Shown here piece after piece: positions 54,501 to 61,737 of a stretch of 64,000 nucleotides of DNA. Every line of letters starts with the position of its first letter. The stretch's first letter is position 1. The notes under the pieces were generated by a model. It had not been told where the DNA came from and did not search any database. It saw nothing but the letters and a program-made list of their open reading frames with translations. This stretch comes from a virus (Duplodnaviria; Caudoviricetes), in IMG/VR virus record IMGVR_UViG_3300044723_007969. The stretch is one strand, 5' to 3'. The position numbers and the translations under genes are program-made.

Positions 54501-55425
54501 GGGAATGAAACAGAGAAGAGAAGTTCTCGAAGGAAGATCAAGTGGAATCTTCAAATTGAGATTCGACACTTTGAATGCAGGATACACTTATGTGTGGTTA
54601 AATGGTGAACAGTTGACCCAAGGTGTGGACTGGCTTGTGAGCGGCAACACAATAACTGTACCAGGCAAGACGATCACAGCAAGTGATAGATTAGATGTGA
54701 TGTATTTCGCGGTAGAATCTGCCACAGGTGCAACAGGATTCAGGATATTCAAAGACATGTTGAACAGGACGTTCTACAAACGTATATCCAAGACTGCAAC
54801 AACAAAATTAACGATAGATATGACAGAAGGGACACAGACCATCACAGTAGAAGATGGCACAGTGTTACCTGATCCAAAAAACGTTATCAGTTATGATGGA
54901 TCGTCTGTTCAAACAATTATACCGGGAGTCATATTCATAGACAAAGAGAGAATAGAATACTTTACAAAAACAGGTAACACGTTGGGACAACTGCAACGTG
55001 GAACTCTTGGAACAGGAATTAAGGGGCATGGATCAGGCACGGAAGTGGTAGATGCGTCTGGTACTCAAACCATCCCTTATGCGGACACGGTACACACCAA
55101 CACCTTCACAGGTGACGGTAGCACTGTAATTTTCGCACTATCACAAACACCATCATCCGCTAGTGAGTTAGACATATTCATTGGTGGCCAACGATTGTTG
55201 CTCACTAGCGAGGATGGTTCAACTATAAATTACTCTGTGTCTGGAAGCAACGTTACTTTGAGTACGGCACCCGCTTCAGGCACACAGGTCAAAATATTAC
55301 ACAAGAAAGGACAGGTATGGTACACTGCTAAGGACGGAAACCCAGCAGATGGTAAAGGATTACAGGCTTCTACAAGCCAACAGGCTAAATTCATTGCTAA
55401 TGAGCCTACAAACGCACCTGAATAA
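42535..55425 (+). CDS. giant baseplate wedge / receptor-binding scaffold (gp7-like), 4296 aa
   Basis: follows gp6; KEKGT..AI, EVKPFHT; FG-GAP-like repeats ~48.8-50.1 kb; cupredoxin-like insert; GDGST modules. Confidence 0.75.
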   Translation: MADNTTNSLTNNEVVKQGNNEYRRTVQHLPAFYRTDTNQRFLSSTVDPLIQKGALERLDGFIGRQDAYTRQVTDRYVSATNRDRYAYQLEPAVTYTNRDTTSVNPEDQVKFTGTYDDYINQIKYFGGKINNHDRLNKEKIYSWNPAIDYDKLINYREYYWIPEGPGSIEIDSVGPNAVAEYSVENLAQGAYNFSHRENENNPILTLYRGNTYKFNVNAKGHPFYIMTEPYKDGSTNLFYTSGVTNAGADTGTVTFTVPTGAPDILYYQCGNHDAMYGILQIKTITSTTEINPADDIIGAKNYSLRTLDLSNGMKIKFPASLVGSDYQNREYYVEGVGDSITLTDVDDMITPASYSTETTVLYDAVGYDTRPYAKAFYTPDAKDYITIKKDSRDQNSWSRYNRWFHRSVIEETARVSGFTPVLDEDSRAKRPIIEFDSGLALYNHGTVAKRSVTLFDTVTTDAFSSVVKQTGYIIDGLPVEDGMRVVFSADTDSTVKNKIYVVNFVTAGDSTQVISLTEASDGTPAADESIFIEFGSANQGNTYHYDATSESWKLSQQKTGVNQQPLFKMFDNEHTSFDDATTYPNSSFTGATVFKFATSDTAPTDTVLGIKVKYNTVNNIGDIVFESDHTSGTFTYKLGTTTFTKNLAEGHLHYTTSRTTHNSRSSWIQSTNPSKQRVIRTFTVGKTEKKLFPVDCYDKSALLTDLEISVSVNGEKKSLTTDYTLVNGTKNRYVKFVKELIVDDQIRLSVYSAADKVKGKGIYEVPDNLSTNSMNGKLGTFTYGQVLRHVRDIFEKNTNLTGSVPGSTNLRDNPDSRFLGGTIHQHEGPLLPAIYGLIDRDTNLINAIEYTAHEYEKWYDAFLTHITGTAYEGVAADRVDEIISSITTGRNSSFPFYYEDMLGYGENVTTRSYTVLGASQTEYAIDSIHDITKISNRAVYVYLNDVQLLVGSQYTFSTTDDSVNITATLTEGDRIVIKDYADTTGSYMPTSPTKLGMYPKFTPEIFTDDTYITSTTVIRKHDGSIIKAYGDERDSLILELEKRIYNNLKTSYDNTLININDVLPNVFSSTEYTVDEINDIMATDFYSWAGRGNVQYISNTTFVEGSPFTYNYARSTSNKSGDKLPGYWRAIYKEYYDTDAPHVRPWEMLGHSEKPTDWDTTYGTAPYTSGNSILWNKIATESGRYGKPGILNYLPVDTSGNLLDPLAIGLVDNLDVAGRSAGWKFGDQSPAETAWRRSSAYTFSVIRTLALTKPAKFFSNLFDPSRLTTNVAGNQIDTDTGVRSTLATSKYHLETVTDNNTGITTRYHTAGYQPFIVNHLVSKNLDPKTFYYDRMKNLKVQLAYKLGGFTDKDNIKILTDSVSPGSTSGSKFIPDENYKILFRTSNPVDSFQYSGVLIEKNTDTTTKTDGSTVTNVGGYKVLGYSKSKPYFNFNYPIKTTTASAVSVEGSVTVEKFNIYQEATQTVPYGHVFDTIQDVADFLFGYGHWLEDQGFRFNKFSKELKETLNWSNAVREFLFWTTQQWTPGSAVTVSPAADGFELDTTDGIVGKMRNLSGDYSILDSGGRKIDVREISTKRLGKTFELGIKSADVGLYNIALNTVQKEHILLFDNSTVFSDIIYEPYTGFRQERLKLVGWKTAGWNGDYYAPGFVFDAAQVTYWLANTDYRIGDSVEYQAKFYVSKANHNSGPKFDIENWTLKTEKPAPQLIPNFEYKISQFNDFYNLETNNFDESQQKLAQRLIGYQSRDYLENLFVNDVSQYKFYHGFIKEKGTKNAIDKILKAKYEGEDIDLDLHPEWMIRTGNFGNTDSTESIQITLNQNQITSDPQSIELLENTKDTPEYARSEGVAKDNFFYKPVEYTTSTTFSRLDYTKEGVNRDTAQVFKTAGYPQLGQVQHTAFNITDIFNLDVNRVASSELIWVANKSNRDWDVFRITAGDFKIATVRSVNGASQLELIFTGSHGLSQGTQTTEADYFAISNSEEETLNGVYQVASIVDHRTVLIDYTGNTSFIPALEDGSTADTYGNVYKFISVRVDSMDNCNDKINYDKYRDRDNSIEREGDKVFADADSSGLWRVYEKQDPYTLKNILSPDSATTQQDFGHRIVARNDGRTVIASAPGKAQGEVHFLFRSTATPGSLFRPNSTVTTTAGNDNTSKLGESLSMSTDENFVIAGAPYANSLGSDGSTRFADAGAIELFVWDPSTFKYGTLVTKRPPTDQASQNFGWAHKIAEPGASSVRSTPTKYMFVSAPGLNSDTGRVYMYEWGIGADGSTYDSWTQCATIDSAEGGSGQRFGHRLEVNDNGDILAVSSIAPGNAGKVDIFVRSSHSNDDSVAHSFTHVQTLTGVSTDGSSLNTQFGDSVAMSKDGTRLIIGAPGVDKTEQDDAGAIYYYKWNADGSTNTYTLQQTMESPDSQVNMRFGTSLSMNQAGTRLIIGAQNFSNVREMKFDAGETTFDLQDTTISDTNTESGSAYTATMYNTKFVIDDRLITDSVSAHDGFGKGVCVTDNTVLVGAPQDDGNIASDGSSRVQNDGTLSCFDLSVSGEYAWKNITFETPLIDIEKAGQVFDFNNKTKQIRDFYDLYDPVQGRILGVADREINYKTEWDPATYNTGQDENTKTPWAEEHLGEVWWDLSQVKWLWYDQGTQEYKFNHWGQKFPGSTIDIYEWTESPVLPSVWNTRSGTQQGAVEGISGIAAYGDDSSYNIVQRYNSSVNRFVNIYYFWVRNRSTVPTNSVVTRKNSTSFVSNLIDFPERFSYKYYSITDTNMLIINKIGALTNSDIVLNIDIRTNNFEGDSHSVWKLAKEGDKDWRPGHQIETRWWDSLTGKNVAGDIVPDLDLPVNRRYGNNIRPRQGWYVNRFNALKEIIDYANDVLKKHQLVGTINLNNLNSADPEPTAQSLEWDAYVDTYAELTYIDTREFSGTVNYLVKADETANNYWAIYTWDGTEWTRTKLQTYNTSAYWGYTDWYQVLEHHGETGMVHDANTKIDKQVTYQYELDTLDLAVGKHVKVTSADTGGWKLFMKTATGWSNVGTENGTIRLKTTLYDYSQDATGFAGQDSFDDNFFDQDPSTETRKILTALRDDLFINDLAIEYNTLFFTGLRKVLEEQTYVDWMFKTSFINIKNSVRKLDQRKTYTIGTDSWIESYINEVKPFHTTIREYKLGYTNTDTHDGIFSDFDNPTFYDPETNAIRSLNVDSDTDKLTEFPHQMWYDYHKKYVQSITVTHGGSGYQQIPIVTVLGGTTGSTGPFQIQATSSSGTTSGQFGYYYPLFTNEKQAEIYDTQNGGTGTTKTYTFDGYPGSFYGPTASTAESTSDKSGAFKMYITPTNTAATATATIQNGAVTKITVTGIGANYNSTPVVIISGGRTDGSTPTDTAKAYANLNNDLVRDLDTTIKFDRVSSTSRVQDWTASTAYAYNDLIRHKNQLYKVTKAFTATTDFDDNVADLYKVYGDETGLTAADRTKGFYTPGTGMPGNELDQVMTGIDYGGTMVTGLLFNQSQGWDRSGWYDFPWDNYGGSRVKAFKGDGSSNTFTFDTAPATTEVYQVYITEDDSTRRKLTDVVRGDGSSVVMPVGGLSITPNANALVEFIPFDDDGVLTPTDDRTLDSIVKGGLFGSALGHAPSDIMLEGDDFVSPDTSYAPEETVPGQLFDTLDIKVYTSPESGVPFISEKNYTGNGSTTTFAIGDFPGTLGSVTVSVGGVVKKLTTDYTINVANKTITFGSAPANGSVIATRVFAISGDNYRVLDTFVGDNSTVSFTTSSRSEFNLDSTVSDIYVTQDGVPRTDFTRTITANTVTITFNSPVPPTGAFIQVAGFNKSASSPTRSFASIRNQELTYASGTNRYTLTYPPGSIGPFSGLTTVEVNGRVLRGPDNTYYVGDGSTYTYGVVSGLEDDSTVDPAKTISSASQVEVYVNGTKKDLNTDYTVDIGNQNIEFVTSAVPTSTDVICISTLVDHQYFNQGTDIILVPSAITSPYSLSNSDKISVTTFNNALGMKQRREVLEGRSSGIFKLRFDTLNAGYTYVWLNGEQLTQGVDWLVSGNTITVPGKTITASDRLDVMYFAVESATGATGFRIFKDMLNRTFYKRISKTATTKLTIDMTEGTQTITVEDGTVLPDPKNVISYDGSSVQTIIPGVIFIDKERIEYFTKTGNTLGQLQRGTLGTGIKGHGSGTEVVDASGTQTIPYADTVHTNTFTGDGSTVIFALSQTPSSASELDIFIGGQRLLLTSEDGSTINYSVSGSNVTLSTAPASGTQVKILHKKGQVWYTAKDGNPADGKGLQASTSQQAKFIANEPTNAPE

Positions 55426-55434
55426 ATACACTAG

Positions 55435-56160
55435 ATGACACAGGACAACAAACCAACAGAATCAAAAGAAGAGAACAAAAAGCCACAGGATAACACAGGT
55501 GTTATGATGACTGGGCATATCAAGATTTTCGACCCAGAGACAGGTGAGGTTATCGTAGACAAAAGAAACGCGATACACTATGAAAACATGTCTCAGGCAC
55601 TGGCCAATTCACTGGCCAACAAGTCAACAGGTTTCGTACACGAGATGGCGTTTGGTAATGGCGGAACATCCGTCGATCCAACAGGTGTAATTACATACCT
55701 CACTCCAAACTCAACAGGCAGTAATGCCACTTTGTACAATCAAACCTACTACAAAGTCATAGATGATAACTCTGCAACCAACAAAGACACAACAAGAAAC
55801 AAGATGGAAGTGCGACACACAGCAGGTAACAAGTACACTGACATTGTTTGCACTTGTACTTTGGACTACGGTGAGCCAACAGGACAAGCGGCGTTTGACA
55901 ACACTACAGATTTCAATGGTGCATATGTTTTTGATGAATTAGGATTGAAGAGTTGGGAAGGTACAGAGAATGGCGGAACAAACAAATTGTTGACACACGT
56001 TGTATTCCACCCAGTACAGAAATCTTTAAACAGATTGATCCAGGTTGATTACACTCTAAGAATACAAAGTTTAACAACATTCACTGAAACTAGTTCTACT
56101 GCACTGTCAACTTCAAACACAGTGAGTGGTACAACATCAGGTGGTAACACAGGGTACTAA
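55435..56160 (+). CDS. baseplate / tail-collar structural protein
   Basis: G.IKI.D......VDK.NAI, FG.GG, FDELGL, TH..F.PV.KS.NR...YT.R. Confidence 0.65.
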   Translation: MTQDNKPTESKEENKKPQDNTGVMMTGHIKIFDPETGEVIVDKRNAIHYENMSQALANSLANKSTGFVHEMAFGNGGTSVDPTGVITYLTPNSTGSNATLYNQTYYKVIDDNSATNKDTTRNKMEVRHTAGNKYTDIVCTCTLDYGEPTGQAAFDNTTDFNGAYVFDELGLKSWEGTENGGTNKLLTHVVFHPVQKSLNRLIQVDYTLRIQSLTTFTETSSTALSTSNTVSGTTSGGNTGY

Positions 56161-56163
56161 TAA

Positions 56164-57660
56164 ATGGAATACACAGTAAACAAGAGTAACACTTCGGCAT
56201 CGCCGAACAAGTACACAGTACAAGATGGAATACTAAACAATCAAACTGATTTGAGTTTCATTGGAAGAGGTTACGCTGGTTACGGAGAAGTAATCGCTGA
56301 AAATTTCCTGCATCTTTTAGAAAACTTTTCAAACGATTCTGCACCTAGTAAGCCAATACAAGGACAGTTATGGTATGACAGTTCGGCCAATAGGCTTAAA
56401 GTCTACACTGGTTCAGCATTCGTACCATCCGGAGGTAATGTTCCTTATCAATCAGACGCACCATCTGCCTTGACGCAGGGAGACCTATGGATAGACTCGG
56501 ACACAGGCCAGATGTATTTCTACAACGGTTCAAGTTCGGTGTTGGTAGGACCACCCAGTGCTTCGGGAACAACAAACGGTTTCACGTATGACAGCATACT
56601 GGACTCATTAGACGCAACACAGAACATAACAAAATTATTCAATGATGGGAACCTGATAGCAATAATATCAGAGGACACCTTCACACCCAAAACAGGTATA
56701 TCAGGGTTCGCAACAGTAACAAAAGGTATCACACTATCAACAGCAATAGCAGACGTCAAGTTCTCAGGAACTGCCACAGATGCAGATGCATTAGGTGGAG
56801 TAGCGGCGGCCAACTATCTGAGATCAAATTCCAATGACACCACATCAGGAACACTTGGTGTTGTTAATGACTCAGGGTTGACGGTTGGTGCTGACAGTGA
56901 TTTACTTTTGACGGTCGATGCGACAGGAGTTAATCTAACCAACGCCACGCAGGACACAGACATTTCAATCAAAGTGAATGATGGTGGTACAACCACTACC
57001 GTTCTCACAGTCGACGGTGCAACATCAAGAATTGGAATAGGCACCACGACACCGACAACGAAACTACAAGTTTCAGGAACAGTGACAGCAACAGCATTCG
57101 CAGGTCCTGTGACAGGCGACCTAACAGGTAACGTTACTAGCACAGGCGCAAACTCGATGACCACTTTGACAATGGGTGGTACACTCACATCAAAAGCAAT
57201 ATTGCCAGATGCAACAACAACTTATGATTTAGGATCAACAAGCAAGAAATATAACACCGTACATGCAAAAGCAACATCGGCCCAATACGCTGACTTGGCA
57301 GAGATATATGAATCAGACTCTAGGTATGACGTGGGAACAGTTGTCGTATTTGGCGGAGAAAAAGAAGTAACACAATCAACGATATCAAATGACACAAGGG
57401 TGGCAGGTGTCGTGAGTGAAAATCCTGCTTACCTAATGAACGACGAGTCCGAAGGACAAGCGATCGCACTTGTAGGAAAAGTCAAGTGTAAAGTACACGG
57501 AATGGTATCAAAAGGCGATCTTTTAACCACTTGTGGAACACATCCAGGCTGTGCCCAAAAGACGGCAAGTCCTGTGTTGGGTTCTGTGGTAGGAAAAGCA
57601 ATGGAAAACAAGGATGATGCAGGAGAAAGTGTCATTTTAATAAGCGTAGGAAGACTATAA
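56164..57660 (+). CDS. short tail fibre with C-terminal G2-like chaperone domain
   Basis: N-term G..YAGYGE..ENF..LLENF..AP..P..GQLW.D; C-term YADLAE.Y..GTVV.FGG..ALVGKV.CKV. Confidence 0.7.
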   Translation: MEYTVNKSNTSASPNKYTVQDGILNNQTDLSFIGRGYAGYGEVIAENFLHLLENFSNDSAPSKPIQGQLWYDSSANRLKVYTGSAFVPSGGNVPYQSDAPSALTQGDLWIDSDTGQMYFYNGSSSVLVGPPSASGTTNGFTYDSILDSLDATQNITKLFNDGNLIAIISEDTFTPKTGISGFATVTKGITLSTAIADVKFSGTATDADALGGVAAANYLRSNSNDTTSGTLGVVNDSGLTVGADSDLLLTVDATGVNLTNATQDTDISIKVNDGGTTTTVLTVDGATSRIGIGTTTPTTKLQVSGTVTATAFAGPVTGDLTGNVTSTGANSMTTLTMGGTLTSKAILPDATTTYDLGSTSKKYNTVHAKATSAQYADLAEIYESDSRYDVGTVVVFGGEKEVTQSTISNDTRVAGVVSENPAYLMNDESEGQAIALVGKVKCKVHGMVSKGDLLTTCGTHPGCAQKTASPVLGSVVGKAMENKDDAGESVILISVGRL

Positions 57661-57663
57661 ATA
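57656..57663 (+). promoter_or_regulatory. late promoter TATAAATA, 7 nt before ATG
   Basis: exact consensus overlapping the previous stop codon. Confidence 0.7.
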
Positions 57664-57670
57664 CAGGTAT

Positions 57671-59086
57671 ATGGCGTACACAATCAATAAAACAGACGGC
57701 GGAACAGTAGCCACGATCACAGACGGAACAGTAGACAACACTACTAGTTTGCAGTTGTTCGGAAAAAGTTATTCAGGATTTGGTGAGGGCCTTAACGAGA
57801 ACCTTGTCAAACTACTAGAGAATTCAGCAGGAACAGGAGCACCATCGGCACCATTGAGAGGTGAACTATGGTTCGACACAAACACAAACCAAATTAAAGT
57901 ATATGATGGTTCAAGTTTCAAGCCCACAGGCGGTTCGAAAACAGGAAACACAGCGCCATCGTCACCATCAGTGGGTGACCTTTGGACAAACACAGACGAC
58001 GACCAGATATTTGTCTACACAGGAGACTCAAGAACACACCAAGCAAACAACGGATGGGAATTGGTAGGTCCAGTGTTCACGGCAGGACAGACATTGTCCG
58101 GTTGGAAGATTGAAACTATTGCTAGTGCAGGTGGAAACAAGGTTGTTTCATCTATGTACGTGGGTAATACTAGAGTATGTATAGTTTCCAAGGAAGATTT
58201 CACACCTTCAGCAGTACAAACAGGATTTACAACAATCAAGTCAGGAATGACATTGAATTCAACTCTTGGAGCAGTGTTTGAAGGAACGAACACATCAGCA
58301 ACCTTCTTGAACGTATCAGGTACGACAAACAATTCAGGATTGATTGCAGGCGGTAACTTCCTGAGATCAGACGTGGCAGACACCACAACAGGTGGGCTGA
58401 CCATTGACGCAGATGCAGGATTGTCAATAGGTGATGATCAGGAATTGACAGTGACAGTCACAAGCAACAACGTCACTATTGCACAGACATCACAGGACAA
58501 AGATATAAAATTCACAGTGAACGATGGCGGAGTTACAAAAACTCCTCTACAATTGACAGGTGCGGACGGCGGCATTGACATGATAGGTGACCTTACAATC
58601 ACAGGTAACTTGAATGTGAGTGGTGCTTACAACTACACATCATCTAACGTAGTTCAACACTCAGACACTTTCTTGAAAGTAAACGCAGGTGGTTCAGAAG
58701 TAGACGCAGGACTTATAGTAGAAACATCAGACACAGATGATGCCAGAATGTTCTATGATGTGTCTGAAAACTTCTGGTCAGCAGGACATGGACAAGCATA
58801 TTCACAGGTAATCAGATTAGTGGACGCAGTCGAGGACGGCGATAACAACAAAGGTAAAGTTTTGAAAACCACAGCGGCAGGTAATGTCAAAGTTACTTCA
58901 GCAAACTTAGGTGTCGTAGGTTCAGCAATAGCAACGTCAGATACTTCAAGTACAGCAGTTCCGACAATAGGACAGGTTGCTACGTTTGGAAACCTTTGGG
59001 GTGGATCAGCGAAGTATGTAAACACTTCTGCTCCTACAAGCGGCGACGGAGTTGACGGAGATATTTGGTTCGTAAGGGAGGCGTAA
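57671..59086 (+). CDS. short tail fibre / baseplate fibre paralogue
   Basis: same N-terminal module as 56164-57660; C-term SAPTSGDGVDGDIWF adaptor motif. Confidence 0.7.
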   Translation: MAYTINKTDGGTVATITDGTVDNTTSLQLFGKSYSGFGEGLNENLVKLLENSAGTGAPSAPLRGELWFDTNTNQIKVYDGSSFKPTGGSKTGNTAPSSPSVGDLWTNTDDDQIFVYTGDSRTHQANNGWELVGPVFTAGQTLSGWKIETIASAGGNKVVSSMYVGNTRVCIVSKEDFTPSAVQTGFTTIKSGMTLNSTLGAVFEGTNTSATFLNVSGTTNNSGLIAGGNFLRSDVADTTTGGLTIDADAGLSIGDDQELTVTVTSNNVTIAQTSQDKDIKFTVNDGGVTKTPLQLTGADGGIDMIGDLTITGNLNVSGAYNYTSSNVVQHSDTFLKVNAGGSEVDAGLIVETSDTDDARMFYDVSENFWSAGHGQAYSQVIRLVDAVEDGDNNKGKVLKTTAAGNVKVTSANLGVVGSAIATSDTSSTAVPTIGQVATFGNLWGGSAKYVNTSAPTSGDGVDGDIWFVREA

Positions 59087-59092
59087 TCCCTT

Positions 59093-60520
59093 ATGGTAGC
59101 AATAGTTAAAAAATTTTCATACACAGGCACAGTGCAAGAGGTAACGATACCCGCAGGCACACAATCAATTGACATATACCTATGGGGTGGCGCCGCAGGT
59201 GGTGGTGGCCCAGATGACAATCCGGGAGGACCAGGCACAGGTGGACAGCACGTCAAACACGTGGGTTACACTGGTGTAGCAAGTAACATAGGAAACACTC
59301 TACAGGTCGCAGTAGGCGGCGGTGGAGGTGGTGGATCATCAGGTGGTGGAGCACCGGGTGGTGTCAACGGAAAAAGTTTAACAAATTACTCAGGCGGGAG
59401 AGGTGGTAACGCAGGACCACAACCATATTCAGGTGGTGGAGGCGGTGGCGGAGGAGCCACAGTCTTAACAGTCAACGGAACAGCGACACACATTGCCGCA
59501 GGTGGTGGTGGCGGAGGTGGTGCAGGTAACCACTCGGGTTCAACACCAGGCATTAATTCTCACTCTGCACACTCACAAACACCAGCCACACTAGGACAGA
59601 ACGGTGGAGATCACTCTGGAGACGGAGGTGGTGGAGGTGCCGGTGGCGGTGGAGCCGCTGGAGGAAAAGGTGGAGCAGGTGGTTCAGGAGACAACACAGG
59701 TCAGGGTGGATACACAGGTACAAGTTTATTCCAAACGGGAGGATCAAGTGCGGCGGCATCAGGAGTCACGCCAGGTGGAACGGGTGAGTCATACTACGTG
59801 GCAGGCACATCAGTTGGCGGAAACCCAGCCTCATCTGGATCAAATGGATATGCAGTTGTCGTTTTCAACATAGGAGTACAAGCAAACGTCAAAGTATCAG
59901 GATCATGGAAAGAAGTAAATGACATGTATACCAAAGTATCAGGTGCATGGAAACAGATCACAGCAGGCTATGTTAAGGTGGGCAGTGATTGGAAGGCACT
60001 GTTCAACGCAGGAGTGAACTTTATTGAAAACGCGGCAGGTTTTGGAAACTCAGCAGGTGTTAGTGGAGCGCCAGGTGGATCAGGTGGTGGCGGTGGTTGT
60101 TTCATAGCAGGCACAATGATATCAATGCATGACGGTTCATTGAAACCAGTAGAGCAAGTGGACATAGGTGACACAGTTTCAGTAGGTGGTAAAGTTTTCG
60201 CAACAGGTAAATTCTTGATAGACAACCTATACGATTACAATGGTATACAGGTATCAGGAACACACATGGTCAAGGAAGACGGTGCGTGGGTTAGAGTAGA
60301 GGACAGTAGATTAGGAGTATCACTAGGTGACGATGAAGTGATAGTGTACGTGTTTGGTAACGAGAACAGAAGAATTATAATCAACAACACAGAGTTCACA
60401 GACTACTTTGAATTAAGTGAACAGCAAGAACTAACCAACCACGGCGAACAATTTTTTAGTAATTGGCAGGATCATGATAGACAGATACATGATAAAAATG
60501 TTAATATACTAAATGCTTGA
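59093..60520 (+). CDS. glycine-rich adhesin-like protein with a C-terminal Hint domain
   Basis: F.YTG..Q...P.G....I..WG..GGGG Gly-rich domain; KVSG.WK repeats; G|CFIAGT.I.M.DG..K.VE...GD.V, SGTH. Confidence 0.8.
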   Translation: MVAIVKKFSYTGTVQEVTIPAGTQSIDIYLWGGAAGGGGPDDNPGGPGTGGQHVKHVGYTGVASNIGNTLQVAVGGGGGGGSSGGGAPGGVNGKSLTNYSGGRGGNAGPQPYSGGGGGGGGATVLTVNGTATHIAAGGGGGGGAGNHSGSTPGINSHSAHSQTPATLGQNGGDHSGDGGGGGAGGGGAAGGKGGAGGSGDNTGQGGYTGTSLFQTGGSSAAASGVTPGGTGESYYVAGTSVGGNPASSGSNGYAVVVFNIGVQANVKVSGSWKEVNDMYTKVSGAWKQITAGYVKVGSDWKALFNAGVNFIENAAGFGNSAGVSGAPGGSGGGGGCFIAGTMISMHDGSLKPVEQVDIGDTVSVGGKVFATGKFLIDNLYDYNGIQVSGTHMVKEDGAWVRVEDSRLGVSLGDDEVIVYVFGNENRRIIINNTEFTDYFELSEQQELTNHGEQFFSNWQDHDRQIHDKNVNILNA

Positions 60521-61181
60521 TAAATCCTTTTACCACGGCCAACAAGGCGAGTGTTTCAAACAGTTAGAAAAATATTTTGAAGAGATCAAACACGAGTTTG
60601 ATTCACAACCTAACAAGGCTTTCTTAGATCCGGAAGATTTCTCAGATAGTGTTAGGGGACTTCCAGAAGACTTTGACGACAAGTCAGGTGACTATGTGCA
60701 TGGCGAATGGCAAGCATTAGGCATACAATCAGGTGACCATGAGGGACAATCTTTCAATGACTATCCTATTCTATATTCCATACTGAGAAAATTTCCTTAC
60801 AAAACAAATGTAGCGATAATGACTGTTGGTCCTAACACAAAGATCGGTAATCACACAGACAACGAAGGTGGATGGAGATATCAAATGTGCTTAGACGACG
60901 GTGGAGGAGACCAGAGTGGCATGCATGTGATGAACATTGAAACTCGTAAACAGGAACTGATGACTTGGAAAACAGGTGAAGCGTTTGTATTTCAACCAGA
61001 TATACAAGTACACAACGGATTCAATAGAAATCCAGGGCCAAGGACAACATTATTAATTGACTTTTACAAGGAATCATTGTACACTAAAGAGAAGTTCGAA
61101 GAGTATTACCAACACTATTCGGAATGTTTTGAAGGGTTAGAAAATCTAGTGGATGTACATGAGACAAGAAAACAAAAATAA
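60513..61181 (+). CDS. Asp/Asn beta-hydroxylase-like 2OG-Fe(II) dioxygenase
   Basis: I..HTD, WK.GE.F.F, HNG.N....R..L.ID. Confidence 0.8.
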   Translation: MLDKSFYHGQQGECFKQLEKYFEEIKHEFDSQPNKAFLDPEDFSDSVRGLPEDFDDKSGDYVHGEWQALGIQSGDHEGQSFNDYPILYSILRKFPYKTNVAIMTVGPNTKIGNHTDNEGGWRYQMCLDDGGGDQSGMHVMNIETRKQELMTWKTGEAFVFQPDIQVHNGFNRNPGPRTTLLIDFYKESLYTKEKFEEYYQHYSECFEGLENLVDVHETRKQK

Positions 61182-61737
61182 CAAGATTGCCATAATTGGT
61201 CACACAAAAGGTATAGGCAAGGCCATAGCAGATCTGTACAGAAGAAAAAAATACGAGATTATTGGATTGAGTAGAAGTACAGGATATGATTTGGCAACAG
61301 ATCAAGAAAAGATAATGGAAAAACTAGTGGACTGTGAATTGATTGTAGTAAATGCATATGCTAAATTTGGACAGTATCACTTACTCAAAAGAATTTACAG
61401 TGAATTCCACCATCATTACAAGAAGGTTGTAGTAATAACAAGCACGTCAGGTACACCACAGGGCAAAGACGAGGAAAATTATGGCGCCGACTACAACGAA
61501 TACTGCTGGCACAAAGAGCATCTGATAAAATACATCAGCGATTTACAAGAAGAGTTGTTCAATAAACCTTTGTCGGTGTATGACGTTTGTCCTGATGTAG
61601 TGGATACCGATATGATAAAAGGATTATGGGAAGGACTGCCTAAACTCAAAGCGGATGAAGTAGCAGACACAGTGCGTTATTGCTTTGAATCACCTTTTAA
61701 TATAAACAAGATTGTGATACAAAAAAATGTTAGTTAG
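61159..61737 (+). CDS. short-chain dehydrogenase/reductase
   Basis: IIGHTKGIGKAI, VNA, Y...K (YCWHK), P..VDT.M. Confidence 0.85.
   Translation: MRQENKNNKIAIIGHTKGIGKAIADLYRRKKYEIIGLSRSTGYDLATDQEKIMEKLVDCELIVVNAYAKFGQYHLLKRIYSEFHHHYKKVVVITSTSGTPQGKDEENYGADYNEYCWHKEHLIKYISDLQEELFNKPLSVYDVCPDVVDTDMIKGLWEGLPKLKADEVADTVRYCFESPFNINKIVIQKNVS

Noticed and set aside
60098-60520. Hint domain as a true intein
   Set aside because: No terminal His-Asn followed by Cys/Ser/Thr, no endonuclease domain and no plausible C-extein
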